Part shown: positions 63,895 to 64,000 of the stretch, piece after piece
Layout: each line of letters starts with the position of its first letter
Position numbering within the stretch: the first letter of the stretch is position 1
Assembly (NCBI GenBank): GCA_030390025.1
Contig: JASTWF010000036.1
Location: 3,102,001-3,166,000 of the forward strand
Direction of reading: 5' to 3'
DNA length: 64,000 bases
DNA from: Squalus acanthias
Lineage: Eukaryota
The notes under the pieces: generated by a model
Told to the model about the DNA's origin: nothing
Databases searched by the model: none
Seen by the model: the letters and a program-made list of their open reading frames with translations, nothing else
Translations under genes and position numbers: made by a program

Positions 63895-64000
63895 GTGTCA
63901 GCCGTGGTTCAGTTGTAGCACTCTTGCCTCGGAGTTAGAAGGTTATGGGTTCAATTCCCTCTCCAGGGACTTGAGCACATAATCTAGGCTGACACTCCCA
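63895..64000 (+). mobile_element. DeuSINE 5' end (runs off the window)
   Basis: tRNA-like head matching the other copies. Confidence 0.75.

Overview
Vertebrate genomic DNA, very probably from a shark or other cartilaginous fish, judged by its repeats: CR1 LINEs, SacSINE1-type DeuSINEs, an HE1-like V-SINE, an LF-SINE-like element and Penelope-like elements. Parts of two minus-strand genes lie in tandem. (1) The last coding exon of a laminin-binding integrin alpha, B-type cytoplasmic tail CGFFKR...GYS*, ITGA6/7/3 group, at 61110-61268. (2) About 20 kb downstream, the first two coding exons of a divergent aryl hydrocarbon receptor-family bHLH-PAS gene: exon 1 at 41058-41125, exon 2 at 1609-1796, joined by a 39.3-kb phase-2 intron. 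The rest is mostly transposable elements and tandem repeats. Highlights: (a) the AHR paralog has Phe at the conserved DNA-binding Tyr and Cys in the SVSYLR motif (candidate AHR3-type gene); (b) two Penelope-like families carry minimal hammerhead ribozyme motifs with compensatory covariation; (c) an apparently ORF1-less APE-RT LINE shares both its 5' leader and its 3' tail with an LF-SINE-like element in the same window; (d) PIF/Harbinger-type and hAT-type MITEs have readable target-site duplications. All calls were made by eye; no searches were run.
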